From Leucoraja ocellata (taxonomy: Eukaryota), in contig JAWMAR010000016.1 of NCBI GenBank assembly GCA_036785375.1, positions 4,278,001 to 4,342,000 of the forward strand: a stretch of DNA of 64,000 nt, written 5' to 3'. The notes below the pieces were generated by a model. The model did no database searches and had not been told where the DNA came from. It was given only the letters and a program-made list of their open reading frames with translations. Made by a program: the position numbers and the translations under genes. Below are positions 1 to 11,639 of this stretch, piece after piece; within the stretch, counting starts at the first letter, position 1, and each line of letters begins with the position of its first letter.

Positions 1-39
1 ACCTTAAAAAATTAGTTGATGGCAGCACAGTGGCAGAGT

Positions 40-93
40 GGGGTGGGAGATTGCAACCTTTACGTGGTCCACCCTGTTTTTACTAATGTAGTC
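40..93 (+). ncRNA. HDV/CPEB3-like self-cleaving ribozyme motif, P4-less (decayed copy)
   Basis: P1 GGGGTGG(40-46)/CCACCCT(69-75); P2 GATTGCA(49-55)/TGTAGTC(87-93); P3 ACC/GGT; L3 TTTACGT (C>T versus the other copy); GT; J4/2 CTAA. Confidence 0.7.
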
Positions 94-170
94 AACCTGA
101 CGTGCACAAACAAATAGATGCAGTGTTTGGTGTCTACAACTTTAGGATGTGCACGCCAAATGCAAGAAGA
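40..170 (+). mobile_element. Short SINE-like retroposon headed by an HDV-like ribozyme, with 3' stem-loop and (AGA)n tail (probably RTE-mobilised)
   Basis: Homologous to the reverse complement of 61980-62117 with the same 5' start. 3' hairpin GACGTGCACA(99-108)/TGTGCACGCC(148-157), tail AAGAAGAAG, short target duplication AGT(GG) at 37-41/171-175. Confidence 0.8.
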
Positions 171-523
171 AGTGGTAGAGTTGCTGTCTTCCTTGTGCCT
201 GGGAAAGTGACTTAACATAGAACCAGTGTGAATAGGTGATCAATGGTTGGCATGGACTTGTTGGGATGAAATTTGTATCTTTCAATCAATCAATCAATTC
301 AGTCAATGTATAATTTTCATGACACATGTAACATGAGGATTTATAAATGCTATCATTTCTCCCAACCCACTTGAAATATTCTTGTTGTTATGCTTCGAAA
401 AATCTACAGCAATTCATTACAATGTAGGTTTCTTTCCATGATAATTTTTCTCTTCTTGCATTTGTGCCTCTAAAGGTGATCAGGCATATTTTTAACGGTC
501 CCACATATTGCGCTACTTGGCTC

Positions 524-640
524 ATGACTCATGCGTGCAAACAGCCTCAGGGGTGTAACTGGTGAATGACATGTGTCGGGGCGGGGAAAGTATAAATGCG
601 AACAACACTTGAAAGGTGCACTGAGTGCAAGTCATTCCCC
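524..640 (+). promoter_or_regulatory. Candidate Pol II core promoter (AP-1/ARE, MRE-like site, GC box, TATA)
   Basis: ATGACTCATGC 524-534, GCGTGCA 533-539 (TGCRCNC on minus strand), GGGGCGGGG 578-586, TATAAAT 591-597, CA at 619/620 (29 nt from TATA). Motif-only evidence. Confidence 0.35.
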
Positions 641-1102
641 TTTTAGTTGAGATAGAAGGGAAACTGGCAGAATGATAGAAAAGAACGATAAAGTGAGATT
701 AATCATTGTTGGCAAAAGTTAAATCTTTCATACACCATTCTTGTAAATTAAAACACACACTTTCATGATTAAATAAACTGTGAAGGACATTGCACGTTGT
801 AATTTGATCTGATTTGCCTCTTGTGTTTGAACACCTGTGAATTAACCCTGGTAAAATCATTCACTTGAGATATTTAGTTTAACATGGAAGGTCACCGTTT
901 AAGTTGGATGTGCTGAAGTGCACAAAAATGCTTTGTACAGTTCAGATATTGCCTGGTACAGAATAATTAAGTTTTAAATGACTACTTATTTTGAAAATCA
1001 AATTAGTTTGCTCTACCATTTTCTAACGCTCCAGGGAACTAAAATTGTCTGATTCATAGACTGTTATTTTTTTATTGGAATTTAATTTCTGAGCCAAGTT
1101 AA

Positions 1103-1859
1103 GGGCCTGTCCCACTTACGCCACTTTTCAGCAAACTGTCTGCCACCTTCAAGTTCAGGGGCACTCGCATGAAAAACCACGAGCTGGATCGACCGTCAGC
1201 GTGGAACACACACAAACACATCGCAAAGGAGGGGCCAGGGAAAGCGGGAGAGCGCTGTCTGTAATTCACACGGTGCAAAGCCAAGGTGATACCCATGATG
1301 AACAGGAAGGTTAAAGACGGCTAGCCCAGTGTACGGTAAGTCCTTTTAAAGAGCGGGGAGGGGAGTGAAGTGGGGAGAAGGAGTGGAGACACTTTGAAGA
1401 AGCCAGACACCTTTTAATAAGCCAGAGATACACAGCAGTGAAGTTTAGCGAGCATTTAACATTACCGGTCGGTATTCCTTGGTTCTGAAAACTCGTGCTT
1501 ATGTTTTTCTTCCCCAATGAGCCAATTAAAATGCCCGGTCAGCAGAGTAGATTACCTACGGCTACCTCGACTACCTACAACGACATGGCGACCCCACTAC
1601 CTCTGCACTACAAGTTCAAAAGTATCGATTTTCTCCACGCCGACAAATTGTTGCTTGCAGGAAAATTTTCAACATGTTGAAAATGTTTCCGCGGCCAAAC
1701 TGAGGCCGCGAGTAGTAACCACTATGCGGGATCTCCTCTCGACCATGAAGGAGACTTACCAGTGACAACCCACGACCATGTGTCGACCATGCTGCGAGCT
1801 TGTGGCGAGCGCAGAGTCTCCTAAACTCACCAATAAGATCGCCATAGTGGGACAGGCCC
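1103..1859. mobile_element. Non-autonomous PIF/Harbinger-like DNA transposon
   Basis: TIR GGGCCTGTCCCACT...AGTGGGACAGGCCC with a 3-bp TAA duplication (1100-1102, 1860-1862); no transposase ORF. Confidence 0.85.
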
Positions 1860-1974
1860 TAAAGAAAGACTTAAAGTTGGAAGAATGTCATTGATGCCAT
1901 GGACAAAATATTCGGTTCCCTGTCTGTAAGCCAGGCTGATTGACGGTTTGGCTCATTGTAGAGTGAGAACTTAT

Positions 1975-2270
1975 GGGCGACACGGTGGTGCAGCGGCAGA
2001 GCTGCTGCCTTACAGTGGCAGAGACCTGGGTTCGTTCGATCCTGACCACGGATGCTGTTTGTATGGAGTTTGTACATTCTCCCTGTGACCACGTGGGTTT
2101 TCTCCGGGTGCTCTGTTTTCCCCCACACTCCAAATACGCACAGGCTTACAAGTTAATTGGCTTCTGTCAAAATTGTAAATTGTCCCTAGTGTGTAGGACA
2201 GGGCTAGTGCACGGGGTGATCGATGCTCAATGAGGAACTCGGTGGGCCAAAGCACTTGTTTCCAGTAAAG
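1975..2270 (+). mobile_element. HE1-like V-SINE
   Basis: tRNA-like A/B boxes (GGTGGTGCAGCGGCAGAG, GGTTCG.TCC), V-domain GTTTGTACATTCTCCCTGTG..GGGTTTTCTCCGGGTGCTC, CR1-type tail. Confidence 0.9.
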
Positions 2271-2867
2271 TAAACTTCTCAAAGGCAATGCCTTGGAAGA
2301 GCTATGTTGTGTACATATGTCAGTGGAGATTGTAAGGTTGTGCATTTGCTCAATTAGTTTAGAGGGTTGAACTTGATCACGCGTCTGGATGGCACTGAAC
2401 AGCATTGAGTATGGGATCAGGGAGAGAAGGGGGGCAGAGATACAATGATGGTAGAAAGGCAAAGACTGAAGGTAGCGATATGGGTTGAGAAAGATTAATT
2501 GCAATGATAGGGTTTTTCAATGAACTAAACAGGTGACCATAACAGCTGTGAGCGAATATTTACAGAATTTGACTGGGACTGCGACAGAGAGAGCAGTGCC
2601 AGATAATACAAGTGCCTCTTGGAGCCAGGGAGATTTGTGACACTGATAAGTAACATAAGCAAAGAGCAAAATATTTCAAATCTCTGTTTATCTTAAAGAA
2701 TTCCTCATATGCCTTACTTTTGAATGTTGGAATGGAACAGTGTTAATAGGGTAGTTAACATTGGGATAAAGATTGTAAAGCAACTACAATATGTATTAGT
2801 TCAGCATTAAAATGATAGAAGATCAAGACAAGTCAAGGCAAATCAAGATAATGCAGTTCACTAATAG

Positions 2868-3107
2868 CTTAGTTTAGTTTAGAGATACAACGTGGAAACA
2901 GACCCTTCGGCCCACCGGTTCCGCACCGGCCAGTGATCCCCGCATATTAACACTATCCTACACACACTAGAGCCAATTTTTACATTTACCAAGCCAATTT
3001 GCCCACATACTGCAGGTCACAGGGAGACCGTACAAACTCCGTACAGACAGCACCCGTAGTCGTGATCGAACCTGGGCCTCCGGTGCTGCAAGCGATGTAA
3101 GGCAGCC
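2868..3107 (-). mobile_element. HE1-like V-SINE with internal deletion
   Basis: (TTTAG)n tail, AGATACA..GGAAACAG.CCCTTCGGCCCACC, and head region on the minus strand. Confidence 0.85.
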
Positions 3108-4739
3108 CAAGGGCTAAGAATAATTTATATTTAACACTTGCAGAATGTGTAAATCAGGGCACTAATTTAGACAGTGGGTCTGTGGTGGGATGTGGGGAGC
3201 AGACAGATTGCCTGGAGCAGAACAAGTAGGAAGATGTTGAAGGAGTGTAGTATCTGAAACAGATGAGGTGGGGCCTGGACACTGATGTTAGACAAAGGGG
3301 GTTGAAAACGCCAAAGGTCAACATTACTGAAGCAAATGATGTAAGCGACAGAATTCTAGAAAATTCATATGAAGTATTATTCAGTCTGTGAGAAAGGGAA
3401 AACTGAATCCAGAGAAGAAGAGATGAACAATGGGGGGAAGACAGCTCAAAAGCATCAATTCAAAGAGAGAAAACAAACAGACTATGTGGCAAGAGGGAGG
3501 GGGTGGGGAATTCAGTAGAATTGGAAAGAAGAACATCTGCAGGCAACAGGACACAGGAGGGGAGAAAGAGATAGTGCAAAGTCACTTAGAGTGTGAGTCA
3601 CTAAGATATGATCCTTACTAACCATTACCACTTAATACCAGATGCAACTTACTTAATAAATCTGCACTTACAGCCGATATACTTGTACAGACGGCGGTCA
3701 GCTGTAGTCACAATCACGTATCGTGTGTTGGTTTAACAAATCTTGAAACTAGAACAAAGTGAATTGGCAAACCTTTCACAGAAGCAGTCTTTTTTCTTCC
3801 AGTAGAAAGAACTGTCCAAAGAACTAATCCAGCTGTACAACATTTGGTCTGCAGCTCTGAAGGAACGGAATGGAAGGGAATACTTTATCGTCACATGTGA
3901 CTCGGCACAGTGAAATGCTTTGCTTGCGTACCCAATGTATACAAATGTCATAGAGGAGGTTATGGCACATTAGGAAATTATTCTTAAAATGAGCCTAGGC
4001 TTCTTCCTCAACGTCTCTGGACAAGATATGTATACTCAGTGAGTTGTTGATCTCTAATCCAATTGATTTGTCCAAGGGATATAGGTTTTCCCTATTCACC
4101 CCTTCTATCATTTTTGAGTAAATCCACACTGGCTATCTTAACATAATCATTCCTTTACGATAAACAGTAGACTTCCAGTTAACCAGTGGCTGATGTACCA
4201 AGTGGCAGATTAATTTATCATGCAACGCTTCAAAAGCCCCATACTGTCAGTTTAAAGTGCCTGCACATCCAGGATAAACAGTCCATTTCCAGAACCTTTG
4301 GGCAAGACAGTTTAAATACAGTAAGAGTTCAAAGTAAAGTGATTAAACTTTACAAGCTTATTGAAGCTTATTCACTTAGTGGTACCAAACCTTGGGGGAT
4401 CATGCTGCATCTGCAAACCTCTTCAAATGGAAACATGTGGTTTTCCTTATTGAAACTTGGAGTGGTTCGGCAGCTTGGAAAATGATGTATTGCAGTAGTT
4501 GAATGAACATAAGCCACAAAGTAAGTACTGGGCAACATGCTGATACTCTTTCATGTGATTTAATGTATCTTACACTGTTATTCATTTTGCATTATCAATG
4601 GAGCTGCTCTGTCCTTCATTCGCAGAGACTAAACCGAAGCAATTCATAACACATGGATAGACTACCCACCAGTTATGTTAGGTAAATTACCTTAGTTACT
4701 TAATATAGCAATACAGTCATAGTCATACAACAAAGTTAA

Positions 4740-4925
4740 GGGCCTGTCCCACTTGGACGACGAGTTTAGAAGACCCTAGACGAGTTGAAAAAAATGTCAA
4801 GGTTGTGTTGACTCGTCGAAGTAAAAAACCTCCTACAACCTCCTACGACCCCCCTCGACCTCAGTCTTCCACACCTAAGACCAATTACGACTAGCTATGA
4901 GTGGAAACTGATCACATGATAAAAT
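4740..4925. mobile_element. Harbinger-like fragment (one end only)
   Basis: TAA followed by GGGCCTGTCCCACTT, the same terminus as 1103; internal CCTACGACC-type subrepeats; no second TIR. Confidence 0.7.
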
Positions 4926-5377
4926 TATGTCATGTTTGCATAGTGTACGGGTGATCATTGGCTGGACAGGCTAGCTGTGCCAAAGGCCCTGTTTTCACGC
5001 TGTATCACTAAACTAAACTAAACTAAACTAAACATCCCCTCACAGACTCCTGCACTTCAAGGAATAAAGTCTGAGGTTGCCCCAACCTCTCCCTTATAAC
5101 CTAGGCCCTTATGTCCTGACAACATTCTTGTAAAACCTATCTGCACTCTTTCCAGCTTAATGACATCCATCCTATAGCAGGGTGGCCAAAACTAAACATA
5201 ATACTCCAAATCTGGTCTTTTTAATTTTAAAACATTGATGCTACTTTGCCAGTTCAAATTCTTCAGCTCATTGATATAATCTAAAAGAAGATATTTCTAT
5301 TAATAGCCTGTTAAAGATTTCCACTTTTACACCCTTCCTCCTTTATTACATCACTTCAGTTATTTATCTTTTGCAGG

Positions 5378-5797
5378 CAATAGACAACAGACAATAGGTG
5401 CAGAAGTAGGCCATTCGGCCCTTCGAGCCAGCACCGCAATTCATTGTGATCATGGCTGGTCATCCCCAATCAGTACCCGTTCCTGCCTTCTCCCCATATC
5501 CCCTGACTCCGCTATTTTTAAGAGCCCTATCTAGCTCTCTCTTGAAAGCATCCAGAAAACCTGCCTCCACCGCCATCTGAGGCAGAGAATTCCACAGACT
5601 CATCACTCTCTGTGAGAAAAAGTGTTTCCTTGTCTCCGTTCTAAATGGCTTACTCCTTATTCTTAAACTGTGGCCCCTGGTTCTGGACTCCCCCAACAAC
5701 GGGAACATGTTTCCTGCCTCTAGTGTGCCCAAGCCCCTAACAATCTTATATGTTAGATCTCCTCTCATCCTTCTAGACTCCAGAGTGTACAAACCCA
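5378..5797 (-). mobile_element. CR1-clade (HER1-like) LINE 3' end
   Basis: ORF 5460-5792 YTLESRRMRGDL..TRGHSLRI..FFSQRVMSLWNSLP is the typical CR1 ORF2 C-terminus; 3' UTR hairpin and short-repeat tail. Confidence 0.9.
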
Positions 5798-6744
5798 GCA
5801 GTTATTTCACTGCAGTAAATGCTTCTTAATTTTCCTTATCAAGATCTTCAAGGGGCATCTTTTAATTTCTTCATTTCCTGTTTGGATTCTCCCTTCATAT
5901 TTCCCTTTCTCCTGTGGGAATTCAATGGTATCGAGTTCTCAGTTTCTGTATTCAACTTTCTTCTTTGCCTCATTCTATCTTTACACACATCTCCTTTTTT
6001 AAAAAAAATTTAAAAGACCCAAAGTGCTGGAATAACTTAGAGGGTCAGGCAGTATGCCTGGAGAACATGGGTCAATGATGTTTCGGGTTGAGACCATTTT
6101 TTTAAATTAGCAGATTTTCTAAAGCTGTTGGTTAGGTTTCAACTGGTTTTCCATATTGACACATCCATAGGGACACAAAAACATTGATATACAGTGAGGA
6201 ATGTGGGGGATTGCTGTGGTGCATGTTTATGTTAACATTTATGTAGTTGTGTGTCTTGTTACATTTTTTTAGTATGGCTGTGTGATAATTCGAGATTCAC
6301 TGTACCTTAATTGGTACACGTGACAATAAACTGACCTTTGAACCTTGGAACCTTTGATAATATACGTTCAAAGATTTAAAGGTGATCGTGATTTTCTTGG
6401 CTATCCTAAATAGAAATTAACTAAAATCACTGGAAGCAGATATTAATGTCACATCACAGCCAGATGTGGTTGAATTCTGAAGCGATAACTGCATGTACCT
6501 AACTTCAGTTTATCTCTGTAGGTGCTCAAGATTTTTACACAGACAGCAACTCAATTTGTAAACATATTTCTCATTTAAATCCAGCACCTGCTTATGAAAT
6601 GAAAATCACGACTCAGTAAAGATCCTCGGAGACAAAAACAATCCAACAGATGGCAATTTTTTTTTTACCGTCACTGAGTTATGCAAATGAAAAGCATTTT
6701 GGAGTCTTCAATCACATTTCTAAACAACCTTTATGGAATAAAGG

Positions 6745-7466
6745 TCTCAAAGGTTTCTACGGTCTTTTATTGTCACAGATACCAGTGACATGCGAATTAC
6801 CATACAGCTATATAAAAAAAAAGCACTAGACACACAACTACATAAAATTTAACATAAACATCCACCACAGCAGATTCCCACATTCCTCACTGTGATGGAA
6901 GGCAAAATGTGCCATCTTCTTCCTCTTTATTCTCCTGCGGTCGGGGCAGTCAAACCATCTGTCGGGGTGATCGAGCTCCTGCGTCAGGCGGGTTGCAGCT
7001 CCCGCGTTGGGGCGGTTGAAACTTCCGCGTCAGGGTGATCGAAGTTCCCATGTCAGAGCATTCGAAGCTCCTGTGGCTTGGAGTTCCCAAAGTCGGTCTT
7101 GACCAGAGACTTCTAGCTCCATGATGTTAAGTCCGCAAGCACACATGGTTGGAGCTCCGAGGTCGATCGCTGGCAAAGGGATCGCGGGCTCCGCGATGTT
7201 AAAGTCCCATAGGCTTCCCGTGGTGGAGCTCTCAAAAGTTGGCCTACAGCAAAGGCCGCCAACTCCTCGATGTTAGGCCGCAGTGTAGACGGAGATACGA
7301 CATGGAAAAAAATTGCATCTCCATCGAGGTAAGAGGTTAGAAAAAGATTCCCCCATCCCACCCCCTACATAAACAAGCTAAAGAACACTAAAAACATACA
7401 TTTAACATATACTATTAAAACACAAAGAAGGAAAGGGACAGACAGGCTGTTGGCGAGGCAGCCATG
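6745..7466 (-). mobile_element. GC-rich non-coding retroposon with a Rex1/Babar-type tail (family also at 31629, 33790 and 6190)
   Basis: Head ATGGCTGCCTCGCCAACAG shared with 31629; internal GACTTAACATC..GGAGC subrepeats; tail ..CACAGTGAGGAATGTGG..TGACAATAAA. Confidence 0.7.
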
Positions 7467-7709
7467 CAACCGATGTGGGTATTCAACCCCTTTAGATCCA
7501 TTAATTTATAAATTAAGGATAATCTGTATTGTAACACCATTAATCTGCCTCTGTTCTTCATCTATATGTAGAAATAAGACTGCAGCCATTTATGATCAAA
7601 TAATTGATGCAGTTTGTCAATACCATTTTGAAAATTAGAAGAAAAATTGCGAAATATTTGCTTTAAGACTCAATTATGGAGTACTTTCCTTTAAGACAAA
7701 CCAGGCCTA

Positions 7710-7840
7710 CAGAAAGTTCCCAACCCGAAACGTCACCCAACCCTTTTTCTCCAGAGATGCTGTTTGACCCATCGAGTTACGCCAGCACTTTGTGTCTATC
7801 TTTGGTGTAAACCAACAGCTGCAGTTCTTTGGTTCTACAC
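7710..7840 (+). mobile_element. Penelope-derived short element (decayed hammerhead)
   Basis: CCCGAAACGTCACC..CCAGAGATGCTG..GAGTTACGCCAGCA..GCAGTTC. Confidence 0.75.
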
Positions 7841-8554
7841 TTTGTAAGGTTTGCAGTTTCTGTTTGACCTAAGGGAAATGGGCAGCCCTATTACACAGAA
7901 GAAGAGGGAAATTAAGGGGGAAGGGTAGGGATCACAGAATGTTATATGTTGGGATGTGGGGGGGGGGGGGGAGTGAGAGGTGTGGGGTAGTGATGGTGGT
8001 GCATGGGTGGTGCATGGGTGTTCTCTTAAAGATTGAGTGGACTGATTGTGTCCACTGGTAATGGATCCTCAAGACTACAACCACTGTCAACGTTGCCCCA
8101 CAGATCAAAGGATTTGTGAGCTGCAGTTAACATTTCACAGGCCTCTTAATATTTACAGAAGGTCGAAGAAACTGTTTATTTAAAATAAAATGAAAGGACA
8201 TAGGAGAGCACACTTTAATTCACACTGAGCTGCCATTCTCCACATGATGTGCTCCTCTTTTTGTGTGCGGTTTGCAAACATCATAAATCAGCATCTCCTC
8301 CTTCAATTTATGCCATCAATGTAACAAAACAGTAAGATTAAACGAGAACTTACCAGTTTGAAGTTTGATCTGTATTTTATGAGGAGTTACGATGAGGGAT
8401 TACGTGAAGAACCCGTTCAGCATGCAAGCGCGGCATACTTCAAAGCAGCGGTGTGGAATCACAGATAGACACAGTTATTGAAGTAAACATAGCAAAGACA
8501 AGGAGACATCAGTTTATGAATTTGACCAATATTATTGAGGGTGGGAGCGGAGGG

Positions 8555-8667
8555 CACGTAATCCTTCATCGTAACTCCTCATAAAATACAGATCAAACTT
8601 CAAACTGGTAAGTTCTCGTTTAATCTTACTATTTTACTTCGTAGTCACGTGAGTGATTCCGTGAAGA
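8555..8667. repeat. DIRS internal complementary region (ICR)
   Basis: 8555-8635 is the near-perfect reverse complement of 8326-8406; 8632-8667 is the reverse complement of 12756-12791 (33/36). Confidence 0.92.
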
Positions 8668-8879
8668 TTTCAAAGCTCTGTGATTTCAAACCGTGTAGCA
8701 GTTATCACTACATCACTGCCGAAGTCTTTGAGGGAGGAAGTGTGTTATCGTAACCAACCAATGAATCTGTGTGTAGAAAACACAATGGTATTTTTTAACA
8801 ATAACAACAAAGAAATTAAATTGCTCCCCTGGGCTTAAATTAAATATTTGCAGTCTGTAAAATCTTTCCTGCAAATAAA

Positions 8880-9790
8880 ACAGGTTTTGCCAACAGCTTA
8901 TTATAAAATTTCTGAACAGTCTTTCCACCCACCATCCTGCTGTAGCCAGGATGTGGTTTATAGGCACATCCATTCTTTTAGCCATCGACGTGGATGCTGC
9001 CCTGGTGGAATGAAATTTTTACATGTTAGTTTTTATTCCAGCAGCTTTTAGCACCTGCTTGAGCCATCTCGAAATGGCTCGTCACCCGACCATAAGGTTT
9101 TTTATGACTGACCCACAAGGCTTTTCATCTCCCTCGAATATTTTGGTTGTGTCTATGTAGGATAATAGGGTCATGGCACATAACCATGTTTCTGGTGGGT
9201 AAGCCCAGAATTCGACGACTGGATTAGGTGTTCCTGGTCTGCTCTGTTTGATCATTCCCTGGATAATGACTGAGATCTGGTCTGGCGCTGTGAGCATGGT
9301 GTCCAGTCGCAAAAGTGTAGTGACTGGACCCTCTGTGCAGCTCCAAGTGCCATCAACATGAGTGTTTTGAGCAAAGATGGTTCTAGGTTGAGGGATCTGG
9401 CTGGTGGGCATCCCCTGAGGTATGTCAGGACCACACTGACATCCCATATATGGGTGTACCTTGGTCTAGGGGGTTAGAGTTGTAAATACCCTTCATTAGT
9501 TTGACCACCAGCTGGTGGGACCCCATGGCCTGTTGTCCTGGAGCTGGTTTTAAATAGACGGACAGGGCAATTCTAACTGTGTTGATGGCTCTGTAGCTGA
9601 GTCCTTCATTGTGGTGAAGGTTCACCAGGAATTCCAGCGCGTTGGTAACTGTAGCGGTTGAGTAGGTGGTCCCTGTATCCAAGCAGTACTTCTCCCATTT
9701 GTTGATGCTGGACAAGTGCTGTTTTTCAGTGGATGTTCGGAGGGATGCTGACATGATGTCGAGAGTTTGTTATGATAATCCCAGTCCCAG
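8880..9790 (-). pseudogene. DIRS tyrosine recombinase (frameshifted)
   Basis: N-terminal ASLRTSTEKQHLSSINKW, box I MALGAAQRVQSL, box II FHSTRAASTSMAK, ILATAGW, KFYNK, spread over several frames. Confidence 0.9.
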
Positions 9791-9859
9791 AGTGGTTTGT
9801 GCAGAATCTGCAAACCAGGAGTTTGATTTTTTCATGGCATGGGTGGCTTATGCCCGACA

Positions 9860-10240
9860 CTGGGTGTTAACAACTCTGGGTTACTGGGGAATACCATCGG
9901 AGTTTCAACAACCATGTCATGGAGTATTGGGAACCATGGCTGTGTAGGCCAGTCGGGTACTATCAAAATACCTGAAGCAGAGTCCATTTGTACTGTGCGT
10001 AGTCCCAGACTGATGAGGCAGAAGGGAGGAAATGCATAGAAGAAGAATGTCCCCAATCCAGCGCGAACGCATCTACCGCTGCTACCTCAGGGTCTGGTTC
10101 CCAAGCGACATACATAGGTACCTGGTGATTTAGCCTCGATGCAAATAAATCGATATCTGGCGTGCCATATTGCTTGATAACTTTTGTGAAAATATTTTTT
10201 GGGGGTTTTAACATCCATTCGATGTTGTCATTAAATTTAC
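9860..10240 (-). pseudogene. DIRS phage-like DNA adenine methyltransferase domain
   Basis: PDIDLFASRLNHQV (motif I), VDAFALDW, YAFPPF (motif IV-like), LIVPDWPTQPWFP. Confidence 0.85.
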
Positions 10241-11630
10241 GTGACCTGGTGTCTGCCACTGTATTTAGCTTACCTGGCAGGTAAGTTACTGATAGCCAAA
10301 TATGTCTTCGGACACACCATTGCCAAATTGTGTTGACCAACCTTTCCCATGATACCGATTTTATGCCACCCATATGGTTAATGTAGGCCACCACCATAGT
10401 ATTATCTATTTATAACCGTACATGCAAGTGATGCATATTTGCATATGCTTTTAAACCGTAAAAGTCACCCAACATCTCTAGATAATTAATGCCCAGTGTA
10501 AGTGGTAACGATGATTCTGGGTTAGTCCATCTACTACTTGTGCTGGATATAGAGTTAGTTGCTCCCCAGTCTTGAGCACTGGCATCTGTTTGGATAACTG
10601 ACGTAGGGTTAGTGATGATAATAGGCTGAAACTATGTCAAACGTTTTTTGCCCACCACTGTAGTTCTGATATTACTTCAGTGGGTAACTTCATGAAACGA
10701 TCATAATGACCTGTATGTCATTTTTGGTACAAAGGTCCGAATTATGTAGCCGGAAATGCTGCTACCATTTTCCCAATTACTTTGTTACTTGTCGAGTAGT
10801 TGGTAGTTTGTTGACCATTAAATTGTTGCATGATTGAGCCAATCAACTATGTTGTCTTTTGGCAATGTTACAGTCACGTAGACTGAATTAATTGTGAAGC
10901 CCAAGTAGTCCATGATAGAGGATGGCTTCAACTTAGATTTATCTGGATGTAAGACAACTCCAGGGTTTCGAATAACTGTTTGGTAGCTGAAACAGCTAAC
11001 ATAGTCAAATTCATGGTCTGCCTACCATTTAGGATATCATCAAGATATGTCATGACAATTTGTTTTTGTCTTCTGAATATTGCCAGAGCTGGTTTCAGTG
11101 TCTTGGTGACACTCTTGGCTGATGTGAACCCATTGGGTAACGCTTTAAACTGCTATAGCTGCCCCATCCAGGTAAATTTCAGGTATCTGCGATGATCCTT
11201 GTGAATGGTACTAAATAGTAAACATCTTTAAGATCAATGCTTGCCATGAAGTATCCTTTGGAATTTAGTTGTTTGGCAGTAACAACCGGTTCCATTTTGA
11301 AATGTATATACTTAACAAACATATTTAGTGAAGTTAAGTCAATGATGATGCGACACCCACCATCTTTTTTGGGTTTAGTGAATATATTTGATACGAATTG
11401 CAAGGGTTCAGGTTTTCCAATGATACCCTTTGTAATTATTCTCACCAGTTCAGCTTGTCCCTCTTGTTTCTTTAACGGAGAGGGGAAAAATACCCTCTGG
11501 GGTGAATGTTGACCTGGTGGCAATTTTTCTAGTATTAACTGTATTTGTATTCACTAATGCCATTGAGTATATACTGATCACTCATGATAGACTCCCATGT
11601 GTTAGTATTACTCTATATACTGGTAGGAAC
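10241..11630 (-). pseudogene. DIRS reverse transcriptase + RNase H (frameshifted)
   Basis: KPKKDGGCRIIIDL, ASIDLKDVYY, ALPNGF, VMTYLDDIL; RNase H IQTDAS, INYLEM, DNTMVVAYINHMGG, YLPGKLNTVAD. Confidence 0.92.
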
Positions 11631-11639
11631 CAGACCCAC

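Larger units (their letters stand above)
19..290 (+). mobile_element. Degenerate HE1-like tRNA-derived V-SINE, interrupted by a ~130-bp insertion
   Basis: Head GGCAGCACAGTGGCAGAG..TGGTAGAGTTGCTG and tail GGCATGGACTTGTTGGG..GTATCTTTCAATCAATC match the other HE1-like copies; split at ~40-170. Confidence 0.7.

Noticed and set aside
524-900. Metallothionein gene suggested by the MRE/ARE/GC/TATA layout
   Set aside because: No MDP..C-rich coding exon follows.
1975-2050. tRNA genes at the SINE heads
   Set aside because: A/B boxes are present, but each continues into a V-domain and LINE tail, with no complete cloverleaf or terminator.
9860-10240. Methyltransferase + recombinase + RT as a bacterial defence or retron system, or contamination
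   Set aside because: Domain order, ITR and ICR are those of a eukaryotic DIRS1 retrotransposon embedded in elasmobranch repeats.
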